From assembly GCF_009914755.1 (NCBI RefSeq), contig NC_060928.1: a DNA stretch of 64,000 bases; one strand, given 5' to 3'. The notes under the pieces are model-generated. The model saw only the letters and a program-made list of their open reading frames with translations. It was not told where the DNA came from and did not search any database. Made by a program: the position numbers and the translations under genes. Origin of the DNA: the human T2T-CHM13v2.0 reference genome, Homo sapiens. This document shows, in pieces, positions 28,204 through 41,565 of this stretch (positions within the stretch are counted from its first letter, which is position 1; each line of letters opens with the position of its first letter).

Positions 28204-28909
28204 TGTCAAATAAGAAACAAATCAGGATGTAGTATGAAAATATTAGTTTGGTGCAAAAGTATTTACAGTTTTGCCATTACTTTCAATGGCAAAAACTGCA
28301 ATTACTTTTGCACCCACTGAATGCTTTATTTGAAAAGACTGTTACAATCAGGGGAATCATGACTATAACAGTTGAAGTAGGGAGACTATTGAAATAGGGA
28401 GAATTCTGTGACCATAAAATTCTGCAAGTGTCTTAAGAGTTAGGAAAAAAGAGTTTCTCTTTTATAAGGAAGAGTAAACAAGACTAAAAAACTGGCTGTG
28501 GGAAGCTGATTAGAAGGGTGGGGTGTTCAGATGGTGGATTAGAGAGTGTTTACCCTGAGAGCAGCCTATTGTCAGAAGGCCTGTAAAGGAGGAGTTGTAT
28601 GCTGGCTCAGCCTGAGAGTTCGTGGAGGTCCCAGGACCTGGAGGAAGGAGATAAACTTAACCAAAGTTGAGCTAAAACACATTTTGTTCCAGCTAATTAG
28701 GGAGAGACCAGCAGTTCAGCTAATTATGAGGCAAAGAATGGGAATTTGGAAACTCTGTTGGCCTTTGCCATAGGAAAACAAGGAGAGCATCTGTGAGTCC
28801 TAGGTAAGTAATATGGAGAAGGGTATTATTTGCAGTAAGAAGGGTGGGGAGATTTCTTAACCATTATGTTTCCAGAACCACCAGGCTTAGGTAAAATTCA
28901 GCATTATCA
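28204..28909 (-). mobile_element. ERV1 solo LTR (MER67-like; subfamily uncertain)
   Basis: TG...CA termini and a perfect 4-bp TSD gtct (28200-28203, 28910-28913). Confidence 0.7.
28243..28321. mobile_element. MADE1 (Hsmar1-derived MITE)
   Basis: About 80-bp palindrome ttagtttggtgcaaaagt...acttttgcacccactgaa, flanked by TA/TG. Confidence 0.95.
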
Positions 28910-29629
28910 GTCTACTCCAGAAAAATAATATATAACACATGGAAACACCAATAAAATTCCTCTCCCCATAAACCCCTTGATGTTGTAAGTTTGTTTTAGA
29001 TACCCATTTGCCAAGTTTTAATGATCCTGCCAAAACTATTACCTTGGTCCGAGCAATCCTAGCTCTTGCCTGAGTCTTGCATAACCTAAATACAGACAGG
29101 GCTTATAGTGTTCTCTACTAGGATGATATTTTACCAGGGCCTTTTGAACTATATTTTTTCTTTATGTGAACAGGTATTGAGCTTACCTGTTCAACGCCTG
29201 TAAATCAAGCTTCTCTTATTCCCAAAGCAACAGCCACATGGTAAATGCAATCACAGAGATGTGATTTACTAATTACATCTTAAGGAAATTGTGTATCAAA
29301 TACTATGTTTACATGCACATAGTTAGATTTTTGTAGAAAAGGCTCCAAAGCTTTCAAAAATAATAGAAATATTTGGTGATCCTCAAAACATGTCAAGAAT
29401 ATCTCTTTGTCCTCCTATAGTATGCCAACATGACGATTTTAGCTTGGGGGATTATTATATTTTTTATTAAAAATTGATCAATAGAATTCCTGTATTCTAT
29501 ATCCGTCTAATAAACTTGATTAACATAAGTTTATCCTTGAAAATTGGCTATACTTTCAGTTTGTCAAAAAAATAAAATTAGTTTAAAAGACTTAATGTCA
29601 AGCTTTCCTGTTACCAGCAGTGAATTTTT

Positions 29630-29920
<291 letters not shown>

Positions 29921-30113
29921 ACCAGCAGTAAATTTTTGAGGAACTTAAACTACCAGCCTTATCTTGGTAGATACCCCATCGTCTCAACCTTGATGAGCCA
30001 CAGGCATTTTGTTGTTACTGTTATTTGAATTTTTATAATCCAAGGCATTAAAGAGACAAGTCTGGTCAGCTTATTATATGGTATCAACAATTGGCTCAAA
30101 TGGGAAGAGCAGT

Positions 30114-30506
30114 TGTTGTAGACTGAATTGTGTCTCCCCCAAATCCATATGTTGAAACTCTAACACCCAATATGACTGGATTTGGAGATCATTCCTTTAA
30201 AGAGATGATTAAAGTTAAATAGGGTCATAAGGATGGGTTCTTAATCTGATAGGACTAGTGTCCTTATAATAAGAGGAAGAAACATCAGGGATGGACACAC
30301 ACACAGAGAAAAGATCACATGAGGACACAGCAAGAAGGAAACCATCTGCAAGTCAGAAAGAGGCCTCAGGAGGAACCAATCCTGCTGTCATTTTGGACAG
30401 CTGATCTTGGACTTTCAGCTTCCAGAACTGTGAGAAAATAAATTTATCTTGCTCCAGAAACACAGACTGTAGTATTTTGTTAATGCAACTCGAACAGACT
30501 AATATG
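30114..30506 (+). mobile_element. MLT1B MaLR solo LTR
   Basis: tgttgtagactgaattgtgtc...ccagaactgtgagaaaataaa...gactaatatg; TSD gcagt. Confidence 0.9.
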
Positions 30507-31015
30507 GCAGTCAAGGAAAAAAGCTGCGATTGCAAATTATTGATTGCAATTATTAATTGTGAAATTATCACAATTAAATGCATATGAAATTTACCTCTGA
30601 ATGATTAATCGCAACTAGATAATTAGGAAGAAACCAACATTTACATGTACCATAAGTATAACATTTGCAATTGTTTTACTACATGGAACATTTACATAAT
30701 ATTTTAAAAAGTAAATATTGTTGATTTAAGATGTTTATAGATATATGATTTTTAAAAAAACTGAAACATCTGTGCCTGCGCCATCACCATACTATAATCA
30801 GAGAGTAATCAAAACTAGTTTCAGCACTTTGAAGAAAGGATACTTGAATTCCTGGAAATTAAGAATGCCTGCTATGGTATGAGAACTGCTGTTTGGGTTA
30901 AATATTTTCCATTTATGTAGCGAGAGAACCACTCACTTGAGTATGTAAAACTGCACCACAATTTGTAGCTTGAATTTTAATTAGTAGGCAAAGATGCAGA
31001 GTAGATACAATTCTT

Positions 31016-31118
31016 ACACACACACACACGTGTGTGTGTGTGTGTGTCTGGCTTACATGTTTTATATAATGTCTACCCTACGTCTGTGTGTGTGTGTGTC
31101 TGGCTTACATATTTTATA
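31016..31118. repeat. (AC)n(GT)n palindrome plus 38-bp direct duplication
   Basis: Directly visible; see finding. Confidence 0.9.
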
Positions 31119-31338
31119 GGCAATGGGTTTACTTGGCTATAGATGTGTATGTGAACAGTAATAGTATATCAGTAAGAAATTAGTATAATTAAATTAATAC
31201 TACAACCTTAGAAGCTAAAAATATGCTTACTAATCATTCAAAAAGAAATGAAAGAATAGCCACTGGGGCCTTATTAAACTTACATTTTATGATGTATACA
31301 GGTAATCAACTGTGCTATGACAGTATTAAGAAAGGTCC

Positions 31339-31654
<316 letters not shown>

Positions 31655-32338
31655 TTACTTTTTGGTGATAAGAGAATATTACTATTAATAAAACTACTGA
31701 TAAAAACTGTAGAGTTAATAGAAAAGGGGAGGGAAATCAATACATGAAGCAAGTTTAACACAATAAAAACCATGTGAAGTTGTTCCTATTCTTTAGAGAA
31801 AGGAATGTTCTTACTAAATACAAAAATATATAGATGAAAATGAATTAGGCAATGCCTGGTTAATTTGATGACAGAGCCTTAAGGACAATTAAAAAGTGTT
31901 TTGTAGATTAATATTATGAAAACATGGAGAATTCCATATATTAACTATTTACTCTTAAAATTAATAATAAATGATGGATTACTTATTTTGTTTGCAGAAA
32001 AAGTAAACACATATTGAGTAAATATACATAGTTCAACTCACACACTGATGCCTAAATAAGTAATAAAATGAAGTTTCCATATGTGGACCAACTCTTACTT
32101 TATGTTGGCTAATTTTTGAGTAGCTTTGTTGAAAACTAATTTGAAGTTTACCTTAGATTTACATATATATGTATGCATTTACTTATTTATTTAAATTTTG
32201 CAGATTATTAGACTGAAATAGTCTGTTTCTCTTAAAAATCTGTCTCCAGGGAAAGAAATATGAGTTAATAGTGACCTAAAATTGGTTTGCCTCAAATATC
32301 AGCTGAAAATGCACAAAAGAGACTCAGCTCTATCGTAG

Positions 32339-32434
32339 GATGATCATAATAGAATGATCATGATAGAAATACCATGATAGATGATAGATCATGATAGAAA
32401 TATCAAAATATTATGATAGATGATCATGATAGAA
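32339..32434. repeat. Degenerate ATGATAGA minisatellite
   Basis: Six copies of atgataga in under 100 bp. Confidence 0.85.
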
Positions 32435-33179
32435 TTCTTGAGGCAGTTGACACATAAACTGATTTTAAAGAGGTACTTAAAATAAAGATATTTGTGTAAT
32501 TTTGATACTTAATGGATTCACACATATAAAGTCAATTTGAATTAACATGGATAAATATAAAATTCATGCAAATAGCAAACAAATCTGCGTTTTTATGCTC
32601 TAACTTAAAAAACTAGACTAAGATGAAGAGGTCATTCCCAAATGTTTTATTTAAGGCTAATAAAGCAGACTTGGACTTTTTACAGCCTTCAAGTCCTCTC
32701 CCCCAGCCTAACTGTCTACATATACACACACACAGACACCCTCCCCCCGCGACCCCACATACACTTCCTGAAAGCAATTATAAGGGAACTGCAAACAGCC
32801 ATTGATCTTAGTGGCTCTGGATCTAGCTATGGCTTTGAAAGGCGATTAAAACATTTATAAATATCCTTAAAATATTCTATAAAGAATATCTGGGCACTTA
32901 AATACATTTGTGAAATACCTAAAATAACTGAAAAAATGCACATCAAACCTTATGGTAGAAAGTTGAGGGTAGTCTGGAGTTGTAAGAGAACTGCCTGGAG
33001 GACTTACATTTAGGTAGTATTTTACTTTAAGGGAAAAGTTATCCATATAATCTTTGTAAAATTATATTATATGTTTAAATAAATCGATATATACAGACAT
33101 ATATAGACAGGGACAGAGATTTATGAATGAAAATAGTCCAGAACATTAGCGGAGTTTAAATCTGTGGTGGGAATGAGAA

Positions 33180-33562
33180 TGTTATTATGGGTGAATTGTG
33201 TCCCACCAAAATTCCTGTGTTCAAGTTGTAACCCCCAGTACCTAAGAATGTATTTGGAGACAGGGACTGTAAAGAGGTAATTAAGGATAAATGAGGTCAT
33301 ATGAGTTGGCCCTAATCCATGATTGTATTTGGAGGTGGCCTTTCAAATAGCGATTAAGTTGAAATGAGGCTGTGAAGGTGAAACCTAATCCAACCTGACT
33401 GGTGTCAAGAAGAGAAAAGAAAGAGAAGAAATTTTAGACACATAATGAAACACCATAGATGTGCATACACAGATGAAATATCTGTGAAGTTCAGTGAGAA
33501 GGCAGCCATCCCACCTGTACACCAAAGAGAGAAGACTCAGGCGAAACCAAACCTGCCATCTT
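33180..33562 (+). mobile_element. MLT1B-type LTR with internal ~75-bp duplication, 3'-truncated
   Basis: tgttattatgggtgaattgtgtccc start; gtatttggag...cctaatcca occurs twice. Confidence 0.8.
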
Positions 33563-34740
33563 AATAGTCTTAATAATTTTATTCTCAAAGTGAATCTTCT
33601 AAGTGAATTCCTTGAAACAACAAACCAGGCACTGGGACTTGAAGCCTAGCTCACTTGTGCCTGTCTCCCACCCTTCCCAGGAGGGTTTTTCTGCCACAGG
33701 CTCCCCAACACCCTAGAGCCACGTGTTCTGTTCCCAGACTGAACCGAGGGTGGGACTTCTTATTCTGGTGACCCAAAAATGAGATGCAGATGAACTGGGA
33801 AAGAAGAGAGTTTATTTCTGTAACCCGGTACAGGGAGAAGACCAGGAAAATATCACTAGACCAACTCAAAGTTACAAAGTTTTTCAGAGCTCATATAGCT
33901 TTTAAGCTGTATATCTATGTGTAAGTGTGTGTTCATCTAAAGATGTAAGTGATTAACTTCTTATCTATAACTAAGGTCTGAGTCCTGAAGACCTTCCAAT
34001 GGAGTCTTCGTAAATTGACTTAATCTAGATGGGTCCAGGTGCCAGGGGTGATTACCTTTATCTTGTGTCCTGCTAAATTATGGAGGTTTGGGGAGTTCCT
34101 TTAGATCCCCAATAAAAATTGTGGAGATCTGGGGAGTTTCTCCAGACCCCCAATAAAACTTGTTTAATTCTAAACAGGTCCTGTTAAGAATTCCTTCATT
34201 ACCTTGTCATGCTTCAAGGCCAAGGAAAGGCCTGGGCGAAACTCTTGGTGGGCTTTTGTTCCATTCCAGCCCTTGCATATGGGCACTGGTTCTATCAGCT
34301 TTTAATGTTTAACTTCACCACTCAGTCAGTGCTGAAATAGTAATGCAGGCCTGCCCGTTCAGCTGTTAGTGAGACCTGGCCTGCCACAGTTCCACATAGC
34401 CTTCCCTTTCCCAGCTCAGTCCTCAGCCACCTCATGTTCCCATCCACCCTTGACAACGGTTCTGGGTATAGCTGAGGAGGTATTAGCATCAGGTGCACAG
34501 CATTGCATGATGTCGCTGGGCTGTGAGTGGGGTAAATCCCCAGCCCCCCTTCCATTTGGAGTTGAATTTTGCAGGGCTGGCTGAGCTTCTTATTCATCCA
34601 CATGCAGGTACCAAGTGTGTCCCGGGACAGAGTTTGCTATCCTTTGGGGATTTTTCACCTGCAGTGGGTTGGGACAGCATGATCCACAAAGAGGAGGGTC
34701 TTGGCTTAATTTTGGCTCCTCCTAGCAGAAGCATGGTATA
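33563..34740. mobile_element. Probable hAT-Tip100 MER45-like fragment, split by PABL
   Basis: GC-richer block whose minus strand ends gaataaaattattaagactattaagatggc, as I recall for MER45B/R. Confidence 0.45.
33729..34388 (-). mobile_element. PABL (PABL_B-like) ERV1 solo LTR
   Basis: Minus strand begins tgtggcaggccaggtctcactaacagctg; 660 bp; perfect TSD gttc. Confidence 0.8.
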
Positions 34741-34906
34741 TCAGTCTACTTGTTGAGTCTTAAAGACTAGCAAGACATTTCAGTTAGCACTACCACTCAG
34801 TTTGACCAAAACAACTTACATAGCACGCCTAATTTGAAATAAGGACAGAGAAATGTAAGCCTACTATATTCCTGGACAAAAAAGAACCCCAGGTGTTTGT
34901 TGACAC

Positions 34907-35531
34907 TGTTACCAGAAAGGGGTCCCAATCCAGACCCCAAGAGAGGGTTGTTGGACTTCTGCAAGAAAGAATTTGGAGCTAGTCCATAAAATGAAAGAAA
35001 GTTATTAAGAAAGCAAAGGAATAAAATAATGGCTACTCCATAGGCAGAGCAAGCGCATGGGCTGCTCGATCAAATATACTTATAGTTGTTTCTTGATTAT
35101 ATGCTAAACAAGGGGTGGATTATTCATGAGTTTTCCTGGAAAAGACTGAGCAATTCCTGCAACTCAGGGTTCCTCCCCCTTTTAGAACATATAGGGTAAC
35201 TTCTGGACATTGCCATGGCATCTGTAAGCTGTTGGCGCTGGAGGAAATATCTGTTAGCATGTTACTGCATTATAATTAGTGTATCATGCCAGGGAGGATG
35301 ACCAGAGGTCACTTTCATCACCATCTTGGTTTTGGTAGGTTTTGGCTGGCTTCTTTACCACAACCTGTTTTATCAGCAAGGTCTTTCTGACCTGTATCTT
35401 GCACTGACCTCCTATCTCATCCTGTGACTAAGAATGCCTAAACTCATGGAAATGCAATCCGGTAGGTCTCATCTTTATTTTACCCAGCCTCTACTCAAGA
35501 TGGAGTCACTTTGGTTCCAACACCTCTGACA
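34907..35531 (-). mobile_element. MER41B ERV1 solo LTR
   Basis: Minus strand begins tgtcagaggtgttggaaccaaagtgactccatcttg; other end tgttaccagaaaggggtcc; perfect TSD acac. Confidence 0.9.
35133..35141. promoter_or_regulatory. STAT GAS motif TTCCTGGAA within MER41B
   Basis: TTCN3GAA match at the tandem-GAS position; partner site 35154-35162 reads TTCCTGCAA. Confidence 0.55.
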
Positions 35532-36639
35532 ACACCAGTAAAAAGACAACCAAATTGTGTGGTGGTTATATTTCTTTCTGTGATTAAAGTATGTCATTCA
35601 GGTGCATATCCTGCTCTAGCAACCTGTGTAAGCCTGCTTCATATAAATGAGTTTGATTTTAATGCTACCAAGTGTCAGGATTCTAATCTTAGATGACTGA
35701 GAAACCCACCTTTATAAATTACTCAAGGTGTTGGTTCTCCAAGTACTGTTTACAAACCCCTAGGTGTCCCTGAAACTCTTTTAGGAGGTCTGCAGCAGGG
35801 GGTCAGGGTGATACTAAAACATTATCTGCTTTTTACCCTTTATGATATTTTCTGTAATGGTAAGAAAACAGCCATGGGTAAAACTACTGGTACCTTAACA
35901 CGAATCAAGGTACTAGTACCAACTGTGGTAGTACCATTATATTCTTCGGCTCCGTACTCTGACAGAAAAAAGCGAGAGCATGATTGTGCCATAATATAAA
36001 ACATATTTGTTTTTTTTTGTTGTTGCTAGTTCCTATCACAGAGAACCCAAAACACTTGGAATTTACTGGGTGGTAGGAATGTCTTTTGTTCTTTGTAATT
36101 AGCCCCTTTTGATCTAAATTTATACTAATGAAGTGACTTAGGGTGAAGGCTCCACAAAGCCTCAGGATGGGGCCAGTCATCAGAAAGACCGAGTGATTAG
36201 AGAATTGAATGCTTGGAACTTGCTGCCCCACCCACCAACCTCCAGGAAAGGTGGGGTAGGATGCTGGATATTAAGATCTAAAGAACTCCTAAACAATAAG
36301 ATTTGATGAGCTTCTGGGTTGCTGAACACATGGAGGAGAGGTGCTGGGTTGTGTCACACCCAGAGGGCATGGAAGCTCTGCACCACCCTAGACCTTGCCC
36401 CAACCATTTCTGGCTGTTCATCTGTATCCTTTGTAATTTCCCTTATAATAAAATGGTAAACATAAGTGTTTCCCTGAGTTTTGTGAGCCGTTCTAGCAAG
36501 CTAATCAAGCCCAAAGAAGGGGGTTACATGAACTCCAGTTTGTAGCCAGTCTGGTAAGTAGAAAGTCTTGAGGTTAGAAGGTGGTATCTGACACTACCTC
36601 CAGGTAGATGGTGTCAGAATTGAATTGAATTGAATTATG

Positions 36640-37250
36640 GGATAGTCTCAGAGCCAGGTAGAGACCTGCTGCAGGTATGGAGACACTGCAGAGAGTCTTC
36701 ACTAGGGCAATGCCTAGAGGAACCATAGGAGTCAGGCCACTCCTCGGACCCCAGAACTATCGCACCACCAGCATGCAATGCCAGTTTGGGAAAGCTGCAG
36801 GCATACAACTTCAATGTGTGAGAGAAAGTGTGGACCACACATAGCAAAACCATGGGGGCAAGGCTGCTCATGGTCCCAACTCCCACCCCAGTGTGTCTAA
36901 GTGGCAAGACATGCAATTAAATATATATATATACACACACACACATATATATGTGTGTGTATATATATATTCTCAAGCCTTAGGATTTAATATTGTTTGC
37001 CATGTTGGGTTTTGTACTTACTTGGGACCTGATACTTCTTTCTTTTTTTTTCCTATTTCTCCCTTTTGGAATGGGAATATCTACCCTAGACCTGCCCCGC
37101 AAATATAGTTTGGAAGTACATAACTCGTTTAATTTACAGACCACACCTGTGGGAAAATTTGAGCATGAAAAACATTAAGATTTTTGGGGCTACTGGGATA
37201 AAATAAAATAGGAGAATGAGAAGAACATGAGTTTTGGGGGCCAAATGGAA
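36640..37250 (+). mobile_element. MaLR (MST) internal sequence, 3' portion
   Basis: ggaaagctgcaggc, cctatttctcccttttggaatgggaat; purine tract gggggccaaatggaa abuts the LTR. Confidence 0.8.
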
Positions 37251-37572
37251 TGCTATAATCTCAATGTGTCCTCCAAATTTCATTCATCAGAAACTTAATT
37301 TCCAATGCCACAGTGTTGGGAGGTGTTTAGGTTGGGAGGGCTTTGCCATCATATGGATTAATGCCTCTATTGAAAGGGCTTTGGGAAGTGGATTCATACT
37401 TGCCTGTCCACTTCCTTCCATATGAGGACGCAGAGGGAAAGCCCTCACTAGATGCCAGTGCCATGGATCTTTGACTTCTTAGCCTCCAGAACTGTAAGAA
37501 ATAAATTTCTGATCTTTGTAAATTACCCGGTCTCAGGTATTCTGTTAGAGCAGCACAAAATGGACTAAGACA
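37251..37572 (+). mobile_element. MSTC/MSTD-type 3' LTR
   Basis: tgctata...gcctccagaactgtaagaaataaatttctg...aaaatggactaagaca. Confidence 0.88.
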
Positions 37573-38967
37573 GCGTCTGCTAAGGAATTGCTTGGTCTGT
37601 GGTGAAAAACCCACACACACCTGGTTACAGAAGAGTTCTGTATTGAGCTTAAGGATAGAGGAAATAATTTTTTTCCTTTCAGAATGATGAAATAGCAACA
37701 ATTTTTAATTTTATTACTTCTTGACCCTTGAGTACATATCTTTGTAGTATTTATTGTGATACAATAGGAAATATGCAAAACACTTTTATTTCATAATGAT
37801 TGCTCTCAGGAGAATTACTGCCAATTGTTTGAATTGTAATCTGAAATATTTGCTTTTCTTCACTGAATACAATTTATACTTGAAAAAATGACAGATTGAC
37901 AGACTGTGTTTATTAAGAATTGCGTATTTGTCAAGCATTTCTTCAAGATTAAATAATGTGAGCCTGTCACTTCACGAAAAACAGGTAACACTGGTTTTTG
38001 CTAATAATAAAAGTTGAGCATTCAACTGAAAATTAAAATTTTAGAAAACATGTATCCACTCTCATGAGTTTGAGAGTTTCACTGTAAAGACATTTCTGAT
38101 GAGATTGGATGTGATATTGATAAATATGCTTTTTAAACATTACATAATGAAATGTATAAACATTTGTAATATTTTAATAAGTCGATGAACAAATACATTT
38201 CAAATGACCAATAAATGATGTTACAAAATTATGTGAAGGTAAAATGTATTTTCACAGAAAATGTTGAATCCATTTGATTTCAATGCAACACAGTGTAAAC
38301 AGTTCATTGATAAAGTTTTGGATTCTACATTGCAACTAAGAAGCCATGCAAAGAAGCCATGATTTGACAAGTTTTGGTGTAGAACAAAAGAGGAGTACAA
38401 GTCTCTGAAAAGCAATTAACATACTTCTTTCTCTTAACTACATACTTGCATGAGGCTAAATTGTCTTCACATACTTCAACCAATACACCATATTCACAAA
38501 GGTTAAATGCAGAAGTAGATATGAGAATTCAGCTGTTATTTTATTTTATTAAGACAGATGTCAAAAAGAATTCAAAAAAATGCAAGACAATGTCACTCTT
38601 TTCACTAATTTATTTTTTATTCTGGAAAATACTTATTTTTTACAAAAGTATGTTTGCATGCAATAGACTTATTATTTTAACATGAATTAATACATGTGTT
38701 TTAAAATTCAGTGGTAATTTCCAATACAGTAAATACTGATATTTATAAACTACATACACCATAGCCACTTGTATTTTTCAATATTTTCCATGAGTGTAAA
38801 GAGGCCCTGAGGCCAAACGTTTGAGAACTGCTAAAGGTAATGTATCCATCGGGAGGTATTTTAGAGAAACCTTGATAACCTTTGATAGTTGAGTATCTCA
38901 ATATTTTTACTAGCCCTTAGTGTGTTTTACACTGAGAATTTTATTCACAGTCTAACTAGTTGTATTC

Positions 38968-39135
38968 TCTAATTCATTTCCTCATTCAGCCAACAAATAC
39001 AGTCACTATTCTAGGTAATGAGAATATAGCAGAGAAAAAAAAGCAAACTAACAGCAGAACAAAATACACCTTGCTTTCACTGAGCCTGTGTCCTAACAGG
39101 CTAGACATAAGTAGAAAATAAACATGTAGAATAAT
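38968..39135 (-). mobile_element. L2 3' end
   Basis: cattcagccaacaaatac...cactattctaggtaatgagaatatagcag. Confidence 0.65.
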
Positions 39136-40301
39136 ATATTTTCATATCATAGATGCACTCCCAACTCAGTCAAAAGATCTTGAGTTTAAAAGTAATTATT
39201 TCATCCATCACACAAATTTTAAGCTACAAAGTGGGAGAGTAGATTTTATCAGCTCTTTGTGACTAGTTGACTTCTAATTTGAATCAGTCATCTTGGCCCA
39301 TTTTTACATGAATATCTGGATGCACACCAGAACTTCCATTGGCCAAAATGGTGCAAAAAAATGTCATTTAAGCTCATGAAATGTATTCCATATGGCCCAC
39401 TTGGCTATTGAGTCAGCTGGTTTGATTTCATCAGCATTCTGGACTTAGCCACGTTATCACATATCCTGCTTTTTGAATAAGTTATTGCACAATATGGAGA
39501 ACTTCCATCACAGTCTACTTGGATCACAACCAAACTGTTATATCTTTCAGGCTGAAGGAAGGAAATGAAGTCTCTTCAATGTTATGAACTAAGTAGGGTC
39601 AGTTTTGCTCCATTTTGTCTTCTCTTTTGTGTTTTTTCCTGCTGATCTCCTGAATTGCACTTATTTATTTATTTATTTATGGTTTTGCACGTCACTAGTC
39701 TACCTATAATTTTCACCTCAGAGATTCAAATCTTATGCCTCTACCTCCAGTCTTTGTGAATTTGGGAATATTTCAGTGTCCTCTCATAAAAATGCCAGTA
39801 CATACAATTGTCAAGTCAATTATTTTTATAAGTTTGGCAGCAGAATCTGTATATTAAAATCTATTTATGGGAGATTAAGCAATTATTGTTTAGTTGGGAG
39901 AAAAAAATATACTCTGTAGGTATTAAAAAAAGGACTTATCAAATGAATTAAAAGTGTTAAGACACACACACATACACATAAAAACGCATACACCCCACAC
40001 ACATTGAAAAGTTTGGGGTACAATGATCTGAGCTACTGTCCCCAATGATAGGAAATCAAGTAGTACAATAAATATCAAAAACCACTCTGGATAATCTTAG
40101 TTTTCTATAGCAATAAGTGGGTAATTCTTTGTACAAAGCTCATGAGCTATAGGAAAACCTGTATCTACTATGTGCTAAAGATCATGAGAGGCTCATAGCT
40201 GCTATTAGAACAATATTAGGCTTTGTTCTTCTTCTGCCTTGAAATTCTCATGTAAACTGGTGGAATTTAACCCATAATTCTGTATTAAAGTGATTCTGCG
40301 T

Positions 40302-40746
<445 letters not shown>

Positions 40747-40937
40747 TTATATGACTCCTGGTAATCAAAATGACTAGACACATTATAAAAATGTGTGGTG
40801 GCTTAATAAGTCAAATGTCTCAGAGAAAATATAAGATTTTAGTAAGAGAGAGAAAATATTGTCCCAAAAGGATAGCACAAAATATAGATTACCAGAAAGG
40901 ATAGTAACAGATTAGCAGTTCAAGAAATAATGATTGT

Positions 40938-41565
40938 GTTGGCATTGTAGTAGGTGCTGTGAGCATATCACTGGAAATACAGCACCCTCCCTGCTCTCAA
41001 GGAACTTCCTCTTCAGAGATAGTCAACAAGCAAGTCAACAAATAGATAAATAAGATAAATGTTATTTATGAGTAAATAATCAGAGTTATAGGAGAGAGAG
41101 TGAGAAGAGAGATGATTTGGACAGATTGGTAAAGAAAAGACTGTGTGAACATGTGACATTTGAGCTCACATCTGGAGTTTGAGAGAAAACAGACCACATA
41201 ATGAGAAAAGGAGGAAGATGGTTTCAGGTAGAGAGATTGGTAAGCACAGGCCCTGCGAGCTGAGAAAAGTCTTCACGTCTTCAAGGTATGGAATGGAAAC
41301 CATTGTGGCTGAAAAATACTGAGTAGAGAACAGAATAAAATGATGTTGAAGAGAAACACAAGAATTAGATTACGTAAGGTCTTGGCATGTGCAGTGGAGT
41401 AGAAGAAAGGTTGTTGTGGTTTAGTGAAGTTGGTGAGTGAAGAGAAGAGTGATAGATTATGAGGATAACAGTAGGCAATGACGACCTCCCGTAAGCACTC
41501 ATAGTTGTCTTTAGGAGTTGGATACTTTTTAAAGAAGTATGAGAGGCCATTGAACAATTTTAAGT
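40938..41565 (-). mobile_element. L2
   Basis: ccctgctctcaaggaact, gtgacatttgagct, ggccattgaacaattttaag. Confidence 0.8.

Larger units (their letters stand above)
35985..37683 (+). mobile_element. MER21B-type LTR, interrupted at about 36640-37572
   Basis: ggcatggaagctctgc, gtttccctgagttttgtgagccgttctagc, ggtgtcagaattgaattgaatt; perfect TSD atgat (35980-35984, 37684-37688). Confidence 0.85.
35728..38833 (+). mobile_element. Charlie1a hAT DNA transposon, interrupted at 35985-37683
   Basis: Termini ggttctccaagt... / ...tttgagaactgcta; transposase remnants ggtaaaactactggtaccttaacacgaatcaagg and gacccttgagtaca. Confidence 0.85.

Noticed and set aside
29167-29193. 10-bp-stem hairpin tgaacaggta/tacctgttca
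   Set aside because: Single short stem, within chance expectation for 64 kb
32339-32434. Short repeat array as CRISPR-like
   Set aside because: Units are 7-22 bp, degenerate, with no unique spacers, in a eukaryotic context
33563-34740. GC-rich block with minus-strand AATAAA, first read as a processed pseudogene
   Set aside because: No poly(A) tail, TSD or recognisable reading frame; fits a MER45-like hAT element better
39408-39416. AP-1/ARE-like TGAGTCAGC (another near 55757)
   Set aside because: Isolated short motifs are expected by chance
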